Shown one piece after another: positions 49,722 through 61,734 of a stretch of 64,000 bases of DNA (positions are counted from its first letter, which is position 1; each line of letters begins with the position of its first letter). The notes under the pieces were generated by a model that saw only the letters and a program-made list of their open reading frames with translations, did no database searches and was not told where the DNA came from. This stretch comes from Octopus sinensis. Its lineage: Eukaryota. The position numbers were made by a program, and so were the translations under genes. The stretch is taken from positions 4,395 through 68,394 of the forward strand of contig NW_021835467.1 in the NCBI RefSeq assembly GCF_006345805.1, read 5' to 3'.

Positions 49722-50591
49722 ATGTCAGCAAATTGTTCACTCATTGAAATATCCAAACTCCACCCACTTGCAAACCAACTCTCCGGCCACGGACTCCACT
49801 CCACTGCACTCAAATGTAGTCCCCATTTTACATCACAGTCTTTTTTGAAATACCTGGCGGCTTCATTGCCAAACGACTCAAAAAGTATTCCCGCGGCTAC
49901 CAGGAGGCTGACTTTTATCAAAATATTCCCCACTCTGTCGACCAGTTTTTCACCAAATTGTCCTCATTTTTCCCCAAATTTCATGGACTGGCGCATGACG
50001 AAGAAGGAGGTGTGGCACTTTTTTATGTGCAGGGCAGTACATTTACTTGGAAAACATATTCCGGAACTTCACCAAACCGACATCCGCCGATATCAAAATT
50101 GGGTTCCTCAAAAAAGAAAAGTACCCGGCAGCCGACCAAATCATGTTTCAAATAAGTGGAATGAAAGTATTTGAAAGGTAGCACTTGTAGGTCCACCAAC
50201 CTGACGAATCGTGTCACACCCTCTACAAGTCGGACGGACGCCAACTGGACAAGCATACTATCAGGGACGGTGAGAGGTCTTTGTCATTTCAGAGTTGCAA
50301 AAGTTTTTTCTGCAAGACCACAAGTTGGGGGACGGAAGGAGGCGGAAAATATTGGCAGAGTTAAGGGAAATGCTCACTCTTTTGAAGGCCCAGTCAACAT
50401 GGCACTTTGTTTCGAGTTCGGTAATAATCGCCTACGAGAACGAGAACGTGTCCAATTGGAGTGAGGGACAGGTGGCTGTCCACATCATTGACTTTTCTCA
50501 CGCTTCTCCTGCCAAGTCGAGGGACATTTATTCAATCAATGGGTTGGCTAATTTAATTAATTTCATTTCGAATTTATTCGATTTGATTTAA
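49722..50591 (+). CDS. Inositol polyphosphate kinase (IPMK/IPK family), intact copy (258 aa after four 23-24 nt introns)
   Basis: HPLANQLSGH, EADFYQNI, KPTSADIKIG, FQISGMK, SSSVIIAYE and IIDFSHA, all in one spliced frame. Confidence 0.88.
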
Positions 50592-50720
50592 TCAGACTCA
50601 ATAACTTATTCTTTCAATTCAAACAAATTCACTAATACATCTCCTAATTTGATTATTCTAATGACTGTTCGTTCAAAAAGATTACATCTAATTTATCCAC
50701 CAAATAAAAAACAAGAATAT

Positions 50721-50826
50721 AGTTAGATTGCATTTAGTTAACGGAATTACTAAATTAATGTATGTAAAGCAGAAGAACTGATGGCGATCCAGTTTCCCCT
50801 CACTGCAAAAAAAAAGTTAGATTGCA
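50721..50826 (+). mobile_element. 82-bp poly(A)-tailed retro-insertion with 12-bp TSD AGTTAGATTGCA
   Basis: TSD at 50721-50732 and 50815-50826; the insert is absent from duplication copy A (about 31600-31615). Confidence 0.8.
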
Positions 50827-50993
50827 ATTCTACATTTTTCAAATTTCCCATTCCTTTCCCAAAGAATTAATTTTATTTTAACACTTTCCAGATAATTTCT
50901 GGATAAATAATATTGAAAACGCCCAAAGATATATCAAGATATTCTGAGAAACTCAATAACGTACACTCTAATTTGAAATAATAAAAAAAGCAA

Positions 50994-53052
50994 GTTTGTT
51001 CAAATTTTTTTTTTAAGAAACAAGTACAGTAAAACCTCTCGAATCCGCCGATTTTGGGACCGACCAAAAAATCGGCGGATTCGAGAAATCGGCGGATTCG
51101 AGAGGCAATTTAAATAATATTTTATAGTTGAAACATGAACTCACAATATAGATTAAGTATTTCTTTTCATATACAAATGACTGAATACATAAAATTATTT
51201 ATATTCAAAAAAATCAGAAATTTTATTTTTTTTAATTGATTTTCTTAGCATTTCCCCAATTCGCATAATATTTTCATGATCATCTATATCTGCATTTATC
51301 TAAGAAGCATAAGTTTTAATGATCTCTAGAGCTCTGAAGGCTTCTGAGAGATCAACTTTTTTCTCATTTGATTCCTCTTCAATCATTGTTTCCTAAGTAT
51401 AATTATTAAATAAAATCACTAACTGATTGAACTTTTTTTGACTGTAATGTACTAGCTTGTTCAGATTTGTCTAAAAATTCGATTAGCTCTTCATTTTCAG
51501 TATATCCGTAATCAACAAATTCACTATAAGATATTGGATCGTCAATTTGAAATTTCTTAATTATTTCTTCATAATTATTTTCTTAGTTCTTAGATTCACT
51601 GTTGATTGTGATTGTTTCACATTTTATCCATTGTGCATGACGGAAACAATTTTTGATGGTCGTAGGAGTAACTTTATTCCAAGCGAAGAATGTTAATATC
51701 GCAGCAGTTTTAAGGGTGATTCCATTAATTGCATTCTGACAATTTTCCCCTGCCTCAACCTTTTCGATTATATCATTTATTTTCAAATTGGTAAATTCGG
51801 CTTTAAAGCATTTTATAATTCCTTGATCCATTGGTTGTAAGAGCGAAGATGTTCTAGAAGGCAAAAAAAGAATTTCAATTGAGTTTAACGTGACAATAAT
51901 TTGATGAGATGGACATTGATCTATTACAAGTAGAATTTTTCTTTTTTTCTTCGCAAGTTCACAATCAAAATCACTGAGCCACTTGTTAAAAATTTCACGG
52001 TTCATCCATGCCTTATTGGAATGGGTGTAGGTAACATATTTTCCAATGTTGAAATTTTTAAAACACCTTGGACTTTTGAATCTTCCTATCATTACAGGCC
52101 TTCTTTTATCGGAACCAGAACAATTTGCACATAATAGTAACGAAAATCGATCCTTCGACAACTTTATTCCAGGCCGTGATTTAGTGCACACACTTTTGGA
52201 AGGAATCGCCTTGTAAAAAACACCAGTTTCATCTGCATTATAAACATTGTCCAATCCATATTGTTCAATTTTTAAACTCATTGTTTCATTAAAATCAGTA
52301 ATAGATTTTTCATCATGATTTACTGATCCACTGTCTCCGTGAAATTTTCTTAACTTGATACCATTTCGTAATTTAAACTTTTCTAGCCACCCACGACTTG
52401 CTTTAAATTCTGGAAAATTTTTTCAAAATTTAAGAGCTTTTGCAATTAACATCGAATCTGATAGAATTGCTCCACTAGATTCCATTAAGTTAATCCATGT
52501 TATCATCGCTACATCAATTTCATTAAATTTGAGTTTTGGAATTCTCGTTATGTTTAATTTTTTGATGTCAGTCCTATTCAAAAGGTCCGATTTTGATTTA
52601 AGGTCGTTTATAGTTCTCGGAGAAATTTTCTTTTTTAACCGTGAAGAAAAAATCCTGGAAATTTGAGGTGCAGAAACGAATGGGTTGTCAGAAATATAAC
52701 GTAGTATAGAAATTTTTTCGTTGATAGAAAGTCTAACACAACGACGCATCACAAAAATACAATTTAACGTGTAATGAGAATTTTAAAATGTTAATTAATT
52801 TAACTTACAATTAGATAAAAAAATTATTTTTCATAATACTTGAGGAGCGGATTCGAGAAACAAGCGGATTCAAGAATCATTCATAGGAAATTTCAAATTT
52901 TTGATTAAAACAAGCGGATTCGAGAAGCGGCGGATTCGAGAAGCGGCGGATTCGAGAAGCGGCGGATTCGAGAAGCAGCGGATTCGAGAGGTTTCACTGT
53001 ATTTAATTACAAGTTAATTAATTAAAAGCTTCATGGACGGTTTGTTCAAATT
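50994..53052 (-). mobile_element. Ultra-short CRE 3'UTR/poly(A) insertion with 13-bp TSD, secondarily split by Tigger
   Basis: TSD GTTTGTTCAAATT at 50994-51006 and 53040-53052, single in copy A. It shares TGAAGCTTTTAATTAATTAACTTGTA with the CRE stub at 207-232 and has a T10 run at 51005-51014. Confidence 0.8.
51027..52999 (-). mobile_element. Tigger/pogo (CENP-B-like HTH + DDE_1) transposon, nearly intact
   Basis: TA TSD, about 22-bp TIR CAGT(A/G)AAACCTCTCGAATCCGC and tandem CGGATTCGAG subterminal repeats. Transposase has YNADETG, LLVIDQCPSH and LQPMDQG, with in-frame TGA (52423) and TAA (51583). Confidence 0.95.
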
Positions 53053-53379
53053 GTTTTTTATTTGTATCAAAGCATTCCACGTGTATCATCTTTTATGAGA
53101 TTTTGTTTTCAATATTTTTCATAAGGTTTTCAGAATTATAACAGCATTCGTTCGGCTTTATCTCCTACTGATTGGGACAAGACACATAAACCCTTTAGCT
53201 GGTGGAAATCGTATGTTTACTGATCTAAACATCTACATTTCAGTGGACAATTTCTTTCACACTGGTATTTAGGTTTATAACAAAATAAGTTTTCATCTAT
53301 TTGCACAAGTTATTCTCGAGAACAGTTAAATATAAAAAAAATTAATAGTCAATGTTATTAAAACAATCCTGAATCCTCT

Positions 53380-54270
53380 GCTCGAGAAAGTCGAATTGTT
53401 GAGTAATATGCCGCTGAGTCATCTCAGAATGATTGTCAAACTTGAAGTTGGAAATGTTGCCAAGAATTTGAGGTTGATCGAGAGAATGGCGAATAATGTT
53501 CCACGTGAGCTTTTTAGTACTGCTGACGGCCTTGGATGTTCTTGAGCATGACAGTCTTGTAGAAAGGAATTACCTGTGCGAGTGAGTGCGAAGGAGACCT
53601 ATCGTATTGTTAGTAACTATTCTGCCGTAGTAACCAACTCTTTGATAATAAAAGGAGGGACCTTGCCGACTAATTGGATGACTCCAGTTCTTACTCCTCC
53701 CGTAGAGTGTCAATGTTGAATTTAGCTAAAATAGTTACGAAATTGTACAAAATCTTACACAGAAAATACAAAACGGAGAAAAGATGAGTCCTATTGCACA
53801 AATAATGGCTTTTATTATATTTTTAGATCAAGGACGGGGATGCAGTGCTCGACGACCCGGCCATAATTGGAGTGTGCTGCAGTGTATTCTATGACTGGTT
53901 GGTGAAGGAGGGAGAAAGGAAATGTGTATTAATCGACATTCAGGGAGTGGAGATGACTACTCCCAGTCACACATCTGCTCTCCTCTAGCTTTGAATGTGC
54001 CCAACACATTTCTCAATGAGAGCACTCTCAGTGACCACTCGGTGATGGCACTTCTCTCCACCCAACGGGACAAAGATGTGTTGCCACTGCGCTTCCAAGT
54101 GGAGCACGTGGTGTTGGTGGGGTATTCGGGGAGAGTGAGAGAGAGTTGGACACTCTGGTGACACTCGCAAATGCATTCGGAAGGGTTGATCACCCCCTCT
54201 ACCTCAGTACTTTAGTCGGGACACTCACCACACCATTTCCTACGTTTGAGTGTTGTAAGCTCCGTTTTGT
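53380..54270 (-). mobile_element. Degraded LINE-like (APE region) remnants
   Basis: GC-richer broken frames without host-type micro-introns; only weak motif similarity. Confidence 0.35.
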
Positions 54271-54363
54271 TTGAGTTTACGGATAAAACAATTCAGAAAA
54301 TACGTGTCAAAGTTCGTTGAGAATGTACTAAAGTGTTTAAATATCCTCGGAAACCGAATAAAT

Positions 54364-54580
54364 CAGGGGTGCCAAACTCATTTCGCAAGAAAAACTAAAT
54401 TATTCAATCATCGCCCTTTAATTTTGGTGAGAGCTGCTTCCAGAGGATTGACATCTTTTTTAGATACAATTTTTGAGTCAGGCTGAGCTATTTGTGTAGT
54501 TCCGACTTTTATTAAAGAGGATAAATGTTCATCAGTTAGTCTTGTTCTTTGAGCAGTTTTTGTCAATTTCATAAATGATA
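54364..54580 (-). mobile_element. Right-end fragment of the Buster-like hAT (copy of the 3' end of 4662-6285)
   Basis: TIR CAGGGGTGCCAAAC plus near-identical RTRLTDEHLSSLIKVGTTQIAQPD...KIKGR*. Confidence 0.9.
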
Positions 54581-54878
54581 AAATTATGTCGGAAGACATT
54601 CGGCTTGACTTCTTGAGGCGATTTCTCTCCTTGTTCAGGACGGATCTTCTTCGGCTACAAGCAGCGTGAAGTGGACGTTTAGGTATAGCCATTGCTCTTG
54701 CTTCCAGAATGATTTTCGAGAAGAAGCCAATGGCCTTGTCGAGAGACCTAAAGTTGCACAGGGTTGAACATAATTAACTTCTTTTTAATTTACATTTTTT
54801 TATTTTATAAACAAATATTTTATTTAATAAAATATTCTATATAAATTATTGTTTTTATGCTGTTGTTGTGCTCGTGAT

Positions 54879-55313
54879 ATGGTTGTTTTTATAATTGGGT
54901 AATTTTGTGAATAGTCAGAAGACGACGACAATATTGACATCTACCAAGGGAAAACATCTGGCTTATTCATAAAAGAATGTATTATATAATATTAACACTA
55001 TACTAGTACGACAAATGATGTATGGCTTTGGAGATGACAAGAACCCATGTACCCAGTCAGTCACCATGCTCGAAAACCTGATTCAGTTATTTATTACTAA
55101 CATTGTTATTGATGGCCATTAATTGACTTGTAGACCAGGAGAGCCCTCAAAGTTGGGACACCAGGCAAGGTGACGGTTGATGACATTTTGTTTGTGGTCA
55201 GAAATGATCGAGTCAAATATTCCCGCGCGCGGGAATTGCTACATATGCATGCTAAACTCAAAAAGGCACGGAAGGCTTTTGAGGACAATAATTATTCGAA
55301 TTTATTAAAATGA
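54879..55313 (+). CDS. TAF13: TFIID subunit 13
   Basis: LFIKELRQMMYGFGDDKNP...VTVDDILFVVRND..KYSRARELL...KKARKAFED; three introns of 28-33 nt. Confidence 0.93.
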
Positions 55314-55489
55314 TTTTTTATTTTAAATTTTATTTGCGGTAGAAAATAGAATTTATGATCATTATTATTTAAATTTTTGTAGAACTTAAAATGATAGAAT
55401 TTAGTTTAATTTATTTAATTATTCTTTATTATGTATAAATAATTAAATATTAATTCGATTTAAAGACTACTGAATAAAGTCATAGAACA

Positions 55490-56120
55490 GTCCGCAAAGG
55501 ACAAACGGTACGAGATGACTGAAAAGTTCGCCAGAAAACTAAATGCAGAGGTCCCTCTAACAAAAGTATGTGCTTCCCTAAGAAGATTCACAAACCCGGA
55601 GAGATTTAAATCGGGTGAGGATAATGCGGCTCCCTTCATCAACAAATTGATAAAGTTCTACGCTGGGATCAGCAACATCCCTTACAGGAAATATGATGGA
55701 CCATGCTTGAAGTTGTTGAAACTTCGAAAATGTCGGGACATGATAATCCTCACCCATGAGGAGGTGTCTCAGACTATCAGAAATTTAAGAAGCACTGGCT
55801 CTTGTGGACCTGACGGAATTCCTACTATTCTGGTGAAAAACGTAGGACAGGTGGCAATATCAGCTCTTTGTCAAATTTACAACTTCTCTATAAACAACAA
55901 CTCAATACCCACATTGTGAAAAATGGCACACATTCGTCCTATTCTGAAGCCAGGGAGATCAAAAGACAACCCGGCGTCCTACAGGCCAATATCTCTTCTC
56001 TGTGTCCTATCCAAAGTTCCGGAAAAACTTATACTCAACCATCAAAGAATATCTCCCGGGTTGGATTTTCAACATTCAAAATAATCCCCAAAACTCCTCA
56101 GTACAATAATATCCCACACT
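55490..56120 (+). mobile_element. LINE RT N-terminal fragment
   Basis: SCGPDGIPTILVK, IRPILKPG and YRPISLL. Confidence 0.8.
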
Positions 56121-56156
56121 AACAGGGAAGTATTCAATATTTCTGATTCCTTCACA

Positions 56157-56290
56157 ATGTCTATAAAAGCCAAGGATTACGTCATATCCTGGACAGACTT
56201 TGACCGAGACATGCACAAATTAGGGCAAGGGGCATTTGGAATCATCTACAAAGCAGTCCACACGGAAACTCAGTTCCCAATGGCCATAAA
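56157..56290 (+). pseudogene. Protein kinase N-lobe fragment
   Basis: KLGQGAFGIIYKAV...PMAIKL (Gly-loop plus VAIK-like lysine); no downstream catalytic motifs. Confidence 0.65.
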
Positions 56291-56517
56291 ATTACCCCAC
56301 CACGTGCTTAGAACAGCTCTAACAGCATGCTCGTCTGCGGAATCTGTCGATCGGGGACTGCATAATACGGAATATTGCCTCCTCGGTGGTCTTAGCCTGT
56401 TGAACTTTTTGTGATTTTTTGTGACTAAGTTAAAGTCCGTCTAAAATCATCAATTCATAACTTATGATTAATAAGAACCCAATAATAAAGTAACCAAGGA
56501 AGTAAGAATCAGTAATT

Positions 56518-56750
56518 TAACGAGACTCGACAAATCTAATACGATTTTTATCAAAGTCGGAAACAGTGTAGTAACGACGTATAAAGACACCCCCAATATC
56601 CAGAAGGGAATGTCTTGGGAGTAATTTCGACTGTGCAAATTCCAATGAAGGGAATCTATTTAGTAAATTTCATTCTCAGTCAACAGGAATAATGTAGTCC
56701 TTAGGTTTTAACTCAAATTTGGTTCCGCTAATGTCAGATTTCAGCACCTA
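56518..56750 (-). pseudogene. Pepsin/cathepsin D-like aspartic protease C-terminal fragment with two 1-bp frameshifts
   Basis: ISGTKFELKPKDYII...FWILG-VFIRRYYTVSDFDKNRIRFV*. No DTG-containing upstream exons found. Confidence 0.7.
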
Positions 56751-58080
56751 ACTTTAAAGCCTAAATTTCCCTACTTATTATTCAGACTGAACCTTACTCT
56801 TCATTTATCAATCAGAAAAAATAAGTCGTTCTCTTGTAAAAAGTATTTGATTCAAAATGAGAAATATTGATAAGCCACAAGACAAACGAAGAGACTAGAA
56901 ACAAGCACGTGTTGATGAGGAAGTTCATATGTCATATCGATGGGTAGAACATGGTCTTTAAAACAATAAACGTGGTGTAAAAAGAACCATAACTATTTGG
57001 TTAATTTTATTAAAGCAAACATCTGCACAAACTTGAGGGTCTCAAACTACAGATACATAAATGTATTACTGACAAGCAGAAGGTCCTGGGTTTAAATACA
57101 ATTTGAGACTTTCCTGAAAATAACTTTAAAGCCTTTATAATTCCTTAATTACGTTCAAATAAATTATTTTAATGACATACTTTCGGTGAACGACTCATAA
57201 AAGGAATTTGCATCAATAAGGTCTTTATATTCATATCCTTTGTGTGGAGGATTACATATTCACGTCCTGTGGTCATTTCGTTCTGCTAAACATTAAAATT
57301 TAAAAATTGATTACCAAAGTGGATAGACGCACTCTCAAAATAACAGATTTGACAATTAAATTTTTTTGGTTATTGATTTTTATACTTTAACGTTGAAAAA
57401 TCGCAAGCTAAAGAAACTGACAGCCATAGAAGTAAAATAGACGATTTTAAAACTTGACAAAAACATTTAATATTTATCAAAGTGTTTTGTTTTTGAGTGT
57501 TTTTAAAACTTAAAATCAAAATCAATCAATGTTTTAAGTATCCTAGTCGGGTAAGATTGATTTCTGCTGGATATTCAAAATAACTATTCTTCTAAAAGAC
57601 ACAATTCAGTAATTTATATCACTCAGTGACATTTAAACCAATTTCTGTCTAATCATGGTGTCCTATCGAAGTAGTTGAAATGGTATTTAGTTGAACACAG
57701 AATTGCAAGATGAAAATAAAGTCATAATCTAAATTGACTTCAGACTTAAAGAAGTCGGAATCCAACCACTTTGCCAGGCTATCCTTCCCTGTTTGTGACC
57801 GTGATTTATCACACCACTTCAAATTCATTCTGAAATGATCATATTCTCACTGTCCTTTTCAAATTTGAAGATTTTCCAAAAATAGGCACGAATCTGTGTC
57901 ATTTCTATATCAACACAAATCCGAAAATTAGCTTCTCTTTGCTTTCGACTACTTTTTCAAGGATATCCTAATCTTATGTTTTTCATAACCAAATTGAGAT
58001 GGAATTGAGTCATTTTTTACTCCGCGTACATTGAATGAGTAAGCATTTAAATTTGTTGTAAAACAATAAAAACTTGTTTT

Positions 58081-58141
58081 TCAATAGCCATTTTGCGTGG
58101 GAATTGCCATTCCATCTTATCCTCTGCTGCTAATTAAATAC
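58081..58141 (+). mobile_element. 61-bp CRE 3' micro-stub
   Basis: 60/61 identical to the reverse complement of about 14832-14892 (SIAILRGNCHSILSSA). Confidence 0.85.
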
Positions 58142-59895
58142 TGAATAACAGATTCTTTGATTATCAAAAATTGAGTCTTTAAAAAAAATAAAATAAAAAC
58201 TTTGTCAAAACATCATCAGCCAATCAATGTGCAAAAATAATATTTCAGTTAATAAAAAATTAATATGTTAATATAGTATTTCGAATGATGCTTTCTATAA
58301 TTATCTTATTTCTATAAATACATTTGATCTAAGCGCCCGAATGACTTTTTTCGAAATTTTTTCAAATTGAATTTTTTGCATTGACTCAGGACAGACCGAA
58401 AAGCGCTTATTAAATAATTTTCGTAAAAATATAAGCCCTTGGCCTAAAGTTTAGGCCTTCTTCGGTCTCTTCGATGAACGTTCCCAAGTTAGACTCAATG
58501 GCCGCACTTGGAAAAGTTTCCTTCGTTGTTTTGTTTGTAAACCGAGACTTTTGGCATTCTTTCAGCGGGGTCATTTTAAACTTATGTTCTGTACGCATAC
58601 TCTCTAATGTATTCCGAATAACAATAGACAGAATGTAATTGGTTTAATGTTTAGCAAATTCATAGTAGACCCAATGATCCAAGGAAGTGGAGAATTATTG
58701 AATTCTCCAGTCAGAAAATTACAAGATCATTATCTAAGATAATTCCCAAAAACAAGTTTTTGACAAAAAACATAAAAAACAGTTTATTTTTATAATCTGT
58801 CTTCTCATTTCTCAGCAGGTAACATTACAAAATATTTTTGGCAATACTCCATTTTAAAAATATCATGGAATTAATGGATTCAACAACATTTTATGTCAAA
58901 ACACAGTTGAGATTAATACAGATAGTGGAAGCTTAAATGAAATAAATACAATTTCTTTTTTCGTGAAGAAAAACTAAATGATGAAATTTTTTAATTCAAA
59001 TAATATTTAAAACATAAAAAATGTTATAAAGCTCCAGCGGATAGAATCGTCTGGTTATTTTTGCGGATGATCGTCGTCAAGAAACGCGGAAACAACCATT
59101 AAATCTCACAACGGCCTTTCATGCATAAGGAAATTAACTAAAAAATTATATATTTCTGGCTAGGCTTCTGTATATTTACGCTCTGTTCCATGCTTCCAAT
59201 GCAACTCTAAATTAGTCAAACTAGAATTGATAGTTCGGGTTTGTTCCAAAATAGTAATTGTTAATTTAAGTTCTTGTGCGTTATAACTTTAACAAATTAT
59301 AAAAATTTAAAGTAATTTCTGTTAATTTTTTTCAATGTTCATTCAGGTAACCCGTAGGAATCGGTAATGTCCAGTGCTGTGTCATATTATTTCAAAGAGT
59401 AGCCATTAAATATTGAAATGAAAATAACAATTTATTATCGCAATAAGATACAAAAGGAGAGTCATTGTAGCTACAGATAGTCGATTAACTATGAAATCTA
59501 GCACTTCAAACCAATGTATCCTGCTTATATACGTAATTTACGGACAAAAATGTTGGCCGATTCGGACATTTCTTGACATTACTCACTAACAAAATTCGAC
59601 TACATTTTTTTCGAAATTTACACAAACTAAACAGATGAAAAGAAAAATAGATTTTATAAAATTCGAAATGTACTTTAATTTTTGATCAAAAATACTAAAA
59701 AATATAAATATAATGTACAAGATATTTTATAAGTAATCGATTTAATTAATCTTCAAAAAATAAAAAAACGACAAGATTTTAAAAATAAAGTATTGATGAA
59801 AAGAACAAATAAGACAAATTATTATATTTATTATACATGATTTTACCCAAATATATTAATTAACTCAAATATATATTTTCTATACATATCTGATA

Positions 59896-60399
59896 ATGAG
59901 TGCTGCACAACGAAGCTCACAAAATCGTTGTGACCTCGGACATATTAAGACTTCTTCTTTTCTCATACAAATCGGGACATCTGTAAATAAAAAATTCCAT
60001 TTTAGATCATTTCACTGATAGTAATAATCACATCCAGCTTGAATTCCGGATTTATTCTAAATGGGAGAGAATATATTCAGTTCTGTGGAGCAACGTCGCT
60101 GATTTTCAGTATCCTGCACTTTTTATTTTGTTTTCTTAAAATAAATACAAAAGTGGAGTCTTCTCATCAACGCTTTATTGAAATGATAATATATTTTGCA
60201 TTTACAATTCTATATTTTATATCCCTAGTCATTTCAGGAGCTGATAGTAAGCCTTGGTACTACGATATTGGCGGAAAGATAGCCATCGTTACAGCAGTAT
60301 TAATGTTTTTATAATTTGTTTTAGATATTCTGTTGTTTTGGTACAACACTCAATGCTTATTGTGCTTATATGTCGTATTTCGATGTATATATAAAATAA
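59896..60399 (+). CDS. MARVEL-domain (CMTM/MAL-like) four-TM protein
   Basis: About 150 aa with four hydrophobic segments, N-terminal DLGHIKTSSFLIQI, and introns of 23 and 28 nt. Confidence 0.65.
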
Positions 60400-60629
60400 T
60401 GGAACTTTTAGGTTTTTGGTCTTTTTTATTTTGATTTTATTAAAATATTTCAACATAGATATTAATAGATAATTTTATTGCTACAATCAATGTGGTATAA
60501 CCACCGATTACAATAAAATTGATTATTTTTATTAAAATTTATAAAATGTTTAAGCAGTTCAGTCAAAGATTATCCAAAATTCTCAATTATTTATCGTCTT
60601 TGAAAAATAATTATATTTAATGTTGATTA

Positions 60630-61410
60630 CATATTCATTCCCGGCCAAATGTTAGATACACCCTATTTTTTCTTAAAAAATCCATATTTTTTGCAAAATT
60701 TCAAGAATTCTAAAAGAATAAAATAATTTTAGGGTTATGATTGTTCAACTTACAATAATTATGAGAAGATTTTTTTAATAATTCTGGTTTATTAGATAAA
60801 GCGAAAACACAACCCCCCATATGTTAGAGGCATCCTTTCATAAGTGATAAATTATATATGCATTTTTAATTTAAATAAAATAAAAACAATAAAATGCCTC
60901 ATGTATCAATTCAAAGCCGCATTGTTTTTATTGAAAAATTGAAATTGGGGATTTCTCTGGTCCAAATATTCGAAGATCTTGTAATTTCTCGATGTGTTAT
61001 CCAAAAGATTAAGCAGAGATTTAACAATGGATATCAATACTCGACGTGCCGAAAAATGTCGAAATACAAAGTTATCAAAATTGATAAACGTTTTCTCGCT
61101 AGAGTATCCAAATTGTACCCAAAAATGACGGAGAATAAGGATACAAAACTACTGTAACTTTACCGAAAAAGTCAGTCTAACCACCATAAAAAGAATTTTA
61201 TGAAAAATAATCTTTTCGGTCGTATTTCTATCAGAAAACCAAAATTGAAGCGATTTCATATCGATAACCGTTATACTTGGTACACCAACAAAATTACTTG
61301 GAATCAAATGGACTGGAACAACGTCATTTTTTCTGACGAATGCCGGATTCAAAAAAGCCGATTTTTCATAATCTCAATCAAATCATCAAAAGGTTTTTAT
61401 TTTCAATAGC
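60630..61410 (+). mobile_element. Tc1-like transposon remnant
   Basis: TA plus ...CCCGGCCAAATGTTAGATACAC-type end; HTH ORF, GRISIRKP and WNNVIFSDE. Confidence 0.75.
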
Positions 61411-61734
61411 CTTCTATATCCATAACGGTAAAGAATATTTAGCACCTTTTGCTTTTCTAAGGAGGTAGAGCTTTTATAAAATATCAAAAAACGCCAAAAA
61501 CTCAGTAAACAAATACGGATACGCTTATACAATTCACTGATGAAAACTATCCTGCCTATAATACTGGAACATGGGAACTTTCTGAAACGGAAAATCTCAA
61601 TCTATAAACTCGTTTCATAGCTAATTCAGGCATTAGTGAATATTTTGAATTCTTCACTTTTAGCATTATTAGAACAATAAAAAATTTGAAAAAGAACGTT
61701 TTTTACCGGTAAAGAAATATTACTTTCAGTTACT

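Noticed and set aside
51583-52425. Stop-codon reassignment suggested by in-frame TGA/TAA in the Tigger transposase and TAG at codon 4 of the Ginger-like gene
   Set aside because: Host genes (CBP, TAF13, SURF4, RER1, IPMK, and the TIMELESS exons I reconstructed) have no internal stops after splicing and end on TAA or TGA. Single substitutions in transposon copies explain the stops.
52915-52990. CRISPR-like array of short repeats
   Set aside because: The units are tandem with no unique spacers, lie inside a Tigger end, and there are no cas genes in this eukaryotic DNA.
57540-59100. Further LINE remnants (SFNVRG-like at about 58030, IFADD-like at about 59065)
   Set aside because: Isolated 5-6 residue motifs without supporting context; too weak to annotate.
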